A model generated the notes under the pieces. That model did not search any database and was not told the origin of the DNA. It was given only the letters and a program-made list of their open reading frames with translations. 64,000 nt of DNA. It comes from Octopus bimaculoides (taxonomy: Eukaryota). Below, in pieces: positions 57,863-64,000 of the stretch; the stretch's first letter is position 1, and every line of letters starts with the position of its first letter. Location: assembly GCF_001194135.2 (NCBI RefSeq), contig NC_068992.1, positions 50,661,653 to 50,725,652 on the forward strand. Direction: 5' to 3'. The translations under genes were made by a program, and so were the position numbers.

Positions 57863-58292
57863 GCACACACACACACACGCGGTGAGCTGGCAGAGACGTT
57901 AGCACACCGGGCGAAATGCTTAGCGGTAATTCGTCTGCCGCTACGTTCTGAGTTCAAATTCCGCTGAGGTCGACTTTGCCTTTTATCCTTTCGGGGTCGA
58001 TTAAATAAGTACCAGTTACGCACTGGGGTCGGTATAATCGACTTAATCCGTTTGTTTGTCCTTGTTTGTCCCCTCTGTGTGTAGCCCCTTGTGGGTAGTA
58101 AAGAAATAACACATATACACGCACACATACCACAAACGTCTTTCAATTTCTGTCAGCAAAATCCACTTACAAGGCTTTGGTCCGTCCGAAATTAAATAGT
58201 ACAAGAAACTTCCTCAAGGTACCCGCAGTAAGACTGAACCCTGCATCATATGGTTGGGAAGCAAGCTTCTTATCACTCAGTCATATCTACAC
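57648..58292 (-). mobile_element. Older SINE family B copy interrupted by a family A SINE
   Basis: The 3' half at 57648-57810 and the 5' half at 58130-58292 both match the family B copy at 50851-51290. Confidence 0.85.
57879..58109 (+). mobile_element. SINE family A, apparently young full-length copy (tail type i)
   Basis: Well-preserved head and central domain; tail ccgtttgtttgtccttgtttgtcccctctgtgtgtagccccttgtgggtagtaaagaaataa. Confidence 0.95.
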
Positions 58293-58770
58293 CTCATTAG
58301 AGGTTAGTTTTCATGTTACACACTTTTTACACATTTATAATACGAGCAAAAACAGAATTTCCCTGCAGATATATGGTAAAAGGAATTAAGAGTGATTTTG
58401 ATCTGCCAGCGGGATATTCTTAGTTATCAACTAAATATGAATAAGCCCTTAATTTAGGGGAGTTCCTTTACTTTGCGATACGAGAATAGTAACCGCCCCA
58501 AAGGCATGCCATATACATATCGTGTGTTTAAGTTAGTTCAGTAACGGTTACACCCCCCCCACACACACAGTAAAATAGAATAATACACGTTTGCTCACAA
58601 ATTATACACATAGGTGTGTCTGTCTGTCATCTATCTATCTATCTTTCATTCAAAATATATATGTATATAAATGTATGTGTGTGCAGACAGATAGATACAA
58701 AGAAAGAGGGAAAGAGAGAGAGGAACATAGACGTAGTTAGACAGACATGCACAGATTTGTGTATAAATGA

Positions 58771-58813
<43 letters not shown>

Positions 58814-59465
58814 GAAAGAGAGAGAGAAAGAGAAATACAGAGAGAGTGAGAAAGAGAAAAAAGAGAGACGGAGACGAAGGCATGCTGTTAGTCGCTCACA
58901 TACTCTGGGATAAATTAGCAAGTACGTGAATGTTCTATATCTGCAAATTTCAATGTTAACGTAATTGCCTTAAAAATAGAAACCATCAAAATGCTCTCGG
59001 TCTTAGGTATTGACATTGAAGTGCATCTGCTATTTCTTTCATTGACGAACAATTAAATGCCCGGATTGGTAAGCTTATTTAATCACAGTTTAAAAGTCGA
59101 TATCTTGCTTTCTTTTTTTATTTTAAATCAGCAATGCAAAAATATATACCCAAAAAATATCTTACTGGTTAAGCATTTAAAATAATATTTTCTTTTTATT
59201 GTTGTTCCTGTTGTCAAGTAGCCAAAAAGAATTCTCTTTCGTGTAAACTTATGATTGATCAAATGTTCTTTGCTATAAGTATCCCAAATAGAATTACATC
59301 ATCGATTAAAAGTTAAGCTGGTAATATAAGAGTTTTTAAAATTTTTGGTGGGGGTGGGGGTGATTTGGTTGCTATATCGTGCATTGAGGCTCACTGTTTG
59401 GCATGGATTTTCGTTTGTACAATTCCATGCCATATCTGTATTTCCTTTTAGGCCATCATTATTTT

Positions 59466-59675
59466 AGGCAGCAGATTGGCAGAATCGTTTGAGAATAGGT
59501 AATAAGCTTTGAAATATAAAACTGCGGTCCTTTACATTACATTCCGAGTTCAAATTCTGCCGCGGTCATCTTAGCCCTTCATCTTTTCCTGAACGATGAA
59601 AAAAATTCCTAGTTAAGTACTTACGTTGCTCTCATCGAAATTTGTGCTCCCCAACTAAATTTTGGCCTTGTACCT
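59466..59675 (+). mobile_element. SINE family A, degraded
   Basis: ggcagcagattggcagaatcgtt...ccgagttcaaattctgccg...aaatttggccttgtacc. Confidence 0.8.
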
Positions 59676-59699
59676 ATGTATTATTAGTTAGCCTGCTTA

Positions 59700-59870
59700 A
59701 TCTTCTGTCAGTAGTTGACTTTTCTCTGTACTCATCGAACGCAGGTGGGGATTTTGGTAGAGGCCGATCGCAACTCACGTTGAAAGGCTTTTACCGCAAG
59801 GCTTTTGAAATAGCGGACAAGGATGCACTCTGGAGGAATCTTGAGCAGGAAGTTATACATCACTAACTGG
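59700..59870 (+). mobile_element. RTE-clade LINE reverse transcriptase fragment (degenerate)
   Basis: LIERR, a frameshift, then FGRGRSQLTLKGFYRKAFEIADKDALWRNL. This aligns to the RTE RT motif L.ERRREFGRG...Y.DL.KAFDSV.RE.LW..L. Confidence 0.75.
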
Positions 59871-60311
59871 CTGATGTAGTCTGCCAGCGGTTTTGGTTAT
59901 AAAAAGCAAATCGCAAATATCAGTGGCTAATAAAGAATACGTATTTCCCAATAGTTATATCATACTTGAATTGTTCATTAGTGTGATAAGCAGACATTGC
60001 TGACTTTTACAATTGATGTAGATATAATTTAGTACGTTGTTTGCTGAAGTAATTTATCGAATATGCACCACATAAAATTTGTGATTTTAACGATGACCCT
60101 ACAATGCACAAATGTTTGGAGAGATTACTTAAATTATAAAAAGAATCTCTAAGAAAAGAAGCATTTATCTAGATCTTTCTTTATTTTGTTATGACTTGGT
60201 GATCATAACCCGAATTTACACAACCAACAATGATAAGGTGGACGCATAACAACAACACACCATGAAGGTCTTTTAAAATGTTATTAACAAAGATATAATA
60301 TATACAGTTTA

Positions 60312-60488
60312 GAAATTTAGATTCAGAAATTTGGCTTCATAAACTTAATTTCATAAATTTGAATTCGTAAAATTTGATATCATAAATTTGGTTTCAAAAA
60401 TATGGTTTCATAAATTTGGATTTCGAAATTTAGTTTCATAAATTTGGTTTCATAAATCTGGATTCCGAAATTTGGTTTCCGAACTTTG
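60312..60488. repeat. 14-bp minisatellite (ataaatttggtttc), about 12-13 units
   Basis: Read directly from the sequence; the units are imperfect. Confidence 0.9.
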
Positions 60489-61857
60489 TCAAAATCTAAT
60501 GTCAAAACAACCATTTAAACTAAAAGTTCATGACACAAAACGGCTGCTAGACTACACCAAGAATTATAGTTAAAAATTAAATAGTCAAACCAAAAAAGCT
60601 AGTTTGCTTTAAATTCGGACAAAACTGCTTCATACAGGCATGCTGAGTAACACAGTTTACAGTTTATTTGTCTAATACAAAAATTGGCTACATGTAAAAT
60701 TAAATTCATACACTCTCTAGCTGTTTATACAAATTTTTCAACATCTATCTTAGCTAGCAAAAATTACTAGACAACCTGCCACAAATGCAGGGTTAAAACA
60801 TTCACATAAATATCACAATAACATAACTTAAGAGATGTTTGTAAACACCCAGATGTGACACAGAAATTATTTAAATATGACAAGCAAAAGTTCTGGCGAA
60901 TTCCTGGAGCATAAAATAAATCCATAAATGCCTAACACAAAGCACAAAGTGCATAAACTAAACAGGCAATCATAGCTTTCAGAATCCAATTGAACAACCT
61001 TGTCTCAGAGAATCAACTTTAACTCTCACAAAAACTGAGTGTACAATTATCTCTACTTATTAAGGTTTGCAAAGGTCTAGCCAGTTTGTTAGAGATTCAC
61101 AGTTTGGCCATTAACACCTAACTTCCCCCATTTTGACAATGGAGTTCATCCTGACGTTACACTGTAGCATGGAAAACTGTCTGTTTACGTGTTAAAATTA
61201 TACGATAAAAGTTTTTATCGTTTTTATAATTTCATAACAATTTGTTCATTTTAAAGCCTATCCGAACCTTCAGTGTCTCTCGCTTATACTCAGCCAATAA
61301 AAAAATTATGACTGTGTTGTCCATTAAAATTTTCAGCCAATTCAAAATCCGTTTTCTAGTTCTAGTACCACTTAGCTATTAAATCAAATACGGTGTTCAC
61401 TGATCTTGTAGTTAACGCTTAATTGAATAATCTACAGACGTTGCTAGTCCAGATCTCGCGATTGATGAAAACACATACCAAATATAGAACACACACGCTG
61501 TCTGCATGGCTAATCTGAATAAGTTATGTTAAAATTTTATTATGATTCGATTCATAGTAAGTGCCAAAAATAATGTTTTGAAATGATGAAAGAGTATTAT
61601 CATCTATCCTTACAAAACACGTCTGTAAATGATTTTCTTTTACAACCCGTATATACATGTGCTTTTACCAGTTTTAGTCAGTTGACTGCAGCTATATCAC
61701 GGCACTGAGTATTAAAATTACAGCCGGTCTCTCTCTATATGATTTAATATTTATATTGTATTTAATACAATTTATATGGTATTGTAGTTTGTTGAACTGG
61801 TAAAAAAAAACAAACACACGAATAAGAGATATAAGCAGACACAAACAGGCACAAATG

Positions 61858-62130
61858 CATGATAATGCAAAGCTACCTGTTACAAGAATGACGCTGCAGA
61901 AATTCACAGACTTTGGATACGAAACTTGACCTCATCCTCCATATTCTCTTGATCTTTCACCCACTGACTACCATTTTTTAAAGCATTTCAACACGTTTTT
62001 AAGTGATAAAACTTTCAGGTCCAAACCAGAAGTGGAATCAGCTTTCAAAGATTTCTTAGCATCAAAGTCAATAAGTTTTTTTTTTCAACAAGGCATAAAT
62101 AGTCTCGTTCATCGATGACAGAGATGTTTA
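61858..62130 (+). pseudogene. Mariner (D34D) transposase C-terminal remnant
   Basis: One frame reads HDNAKLPVTRMTLQKFTDFGYET*PHPPYSLDLSPTDYHFLKHF...GINSLVHR*QRC. The HDNA and YS(P)DLSPTDY motifs are present with exactly 34 residues between the second and third catalytic Asp. There are two in-frame TGA stops. Confidence 0.92.
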
Positions 62131-62991
62131 ATTTTTCCAGAAGAAAATTGTTTCTAAAATCGGCCATTATTTTCGGAACAACCTAATAATATCACAACAA
62201 ATATACTTTTGCTGTTTTCTTTAAGTGGCAGCTGAATCTAGCACAATATAAAGTAAAAGAAAATAATAATAAATATTGTTTTATCTCACATATGTGTTGG
62301 CTATATGAATCAAATTAAGAAATTACTAACAGGTTTACATATCTATAAACCTCTGTCTGTTCCCATAATTGGCCAGTAGTAAATAAAATGAAAAAGTAGA
62401 TCTCGAAGCACATAAAACTATATATAGCAGCGTGTAAATATGAAAATGAAAATAACTTTGGGTAGAAAAGTTGGGGCGGCCTTCGACTTTTTCTATCAAC
62501 AAGATTTTTTAATCAATATTTATATGCTGCTATGTTGATAACTTTATGTGTTTTGAGATCTACCATACTAAAACAGAAGAAAAAAAAGGATATTTCCTGT
62601 TCTCTCAAAGTTTTATATATTCATATAACTAAAGCAAGTTTCAACTTTAATCTCTCACCTACTAACTCTACTGAATAAACAAAAGGATGATGCAGAATGT
62701 GTTGGCATATCTTTTGCCTAAAATGCTAAAGTTATTTTAAAAATATACATTAAAATCATTACCTTAATACAAAATATTGGTTTCAATAAAAGCTATTTAG
62801 TGTTAATCTTTTCATTACCTAAGAAAATATCGCTTTATTATTTGACAAGCAGGGCGTCTCTTAAATTGTTAGTGTTTCAGTCTAGAATATTTGGACAAAT
62901 GATGCTGCCAAAAACAGAATTATGGATGTTGTAAATTCAGCAGTCAACTGCAATAACTAGTGAATACTTTGGCAGGTAAATCAGCATGTAA

Positions 62992-63200
62992 TTAATCATT
63001 TGACTGGAAGCAAGCGACTTTTACGTCTCTCGCTGCAAAGATTTCAATTTGAATCTTAATATCATATCTCGTTTGTTGCAGACAACATATAATGTTTTTC
63101 CCTGCAGCATCATTCAAACAAACACAGTCTTCTCTCTTTCCATTTAAAGCAATACAGTTAGGAGAGAGGTTATCATCATTCGGTGTCAGAATTGACAAGA
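62992..63200 (-). mobile_element. LINE AP-endonuclease N-terminal fragment
   Basis: The ORF contains NIICCLQQTR, close to the APE motif (I/V)DICCLQET, followed by VACFQS. Confidence 0.55.
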
Positions 63201-63388
63201 AATGCCTTTAGAAACAGATGTCATTCATTAGTTTTGTATTTTCTTTAAAATTAGAAAAAAAAGTGCCAGTGATAGTCATAAATTAAACACAATCATATAT
63301 TTAGAAGTGTGTATATAGATTTGTGTATCGTATTTATAGGTATGTACATACTCCATATACATACATGTATGTTATGGATGTATCTATA

Positions 63389-63470
<82 letters not shown>

Positions 63471-63542
63471 TATGTGTACATACATATATATATATATATA
63501 CTCCAATAAGTGAAGAAAAAGCACGACGAATATTTTAGATTT

Positions 63543-63582
<40 letters not shown>

Positions 63583-63663
63583 TTATTCGATTACTTTCTA
63601 CATGCAATAAGCATCACAGATGCTTTACCCCCACTTCACCCCATCCCACAAAAGATGTAAACG

Positions 63664-63861
63664 CTATTCAGCGATTTTGAAAGCTCTTCTAAATCCATTG
63701 CAACGCTGGAAAATCTTCAGTATTGTCATTAGGTGTCTCAGGGTCACAAGAGTTTCGCCCCTTAGTCTGTAGGTTTCGCCTGTATGGAGTAGCGAGGGCA
63801 TTGTATATTGTGATTTGAAAATTATTGCTACTGATACATTATAATAGAAATATGGTGTCAA
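63664..63861 (-). mobile_element. RTE-like LINE ORF2 post-RT fragment
   Basis: PSLLHTGETYRL...LKIFQRCNGFRRAFKI resembles the RTE motif P.LLYG.ETW.L...L..F.RRCLRRILKI. Confidence 0.55.
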
Positions 63862-64000
63862 AACAAGTAGTTAATATGTACGTACCAGCAGCTAAGAAAG
63901 TCTTTAATAATTGAAACTAGGATATACAATTTTACAATTCTGTATTTACCTCCTATTTAACGAGTGAGTTCGCGAATAGTTAATAGGATGGATATGATCC

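Noticed and set aside
59747-59866. Apparent terminal coding exon (cgcag acceptor, GGDFGRGR...EVIHH*, downstream AATAAA)
   Set aside because: The peptide, together with the upstream frameshifted LIERR, matches an RTE-clade reverse transcriptase motif (KAFD...LW), so it is a LINE fragment and not a host gene.
60312-60488. Possible CRISPR-like array (also 33075-33290 and 5374-5420)
   Set aside because: The units are contiguous with no unique spacers, the DNA is eukaryotic, and no cas genes are present.
62992-63198. Cys-rich ORF that looked like a host gene exon
   Set aside because: CCLQQTR fits the AP-endonuclease CLQET motif of LINE ORF2 better.

Overview
AT-rich eukaryotic genomic DNA from a draft assembly, with 14 N-gaps totalling about 5.2 kb, almost all flanked by microsatellites. 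The SINE families and microsatellite density match what I recall of octopus (coleoid cephalopod) genomes; this is inference, not a database result. I could not identify any intact protein-coding gene, so the window looks intergenic or deep intronic. It contains more than a dozen copies of one tRNA-headed SINE family (family A, with three 3' tail variants) and three other SINE families. It also holds degraded non-LTR retrotransposon fragments (Tx1/L1-like, RTE-like, CR1/Jockey-like, R4/Dong-like), a mariner D34D transposase remnant, minisatellites and many microsatellites. The most coding-looking ORFs (1697-1918, 59642-59866, 62992-63198, 63664-63861) are retrotransposon debris. The most interesting observations are: a SINE 3' tail that matches the 3' end of a Tx1-like LINE in the same window; that LINE fragment lying between (AAT)n tracts; a SINE split by an internal inversion; and a SINE nested inside another SINE. 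No CRISPR array, rRNA or intact tRNA gene was seen.
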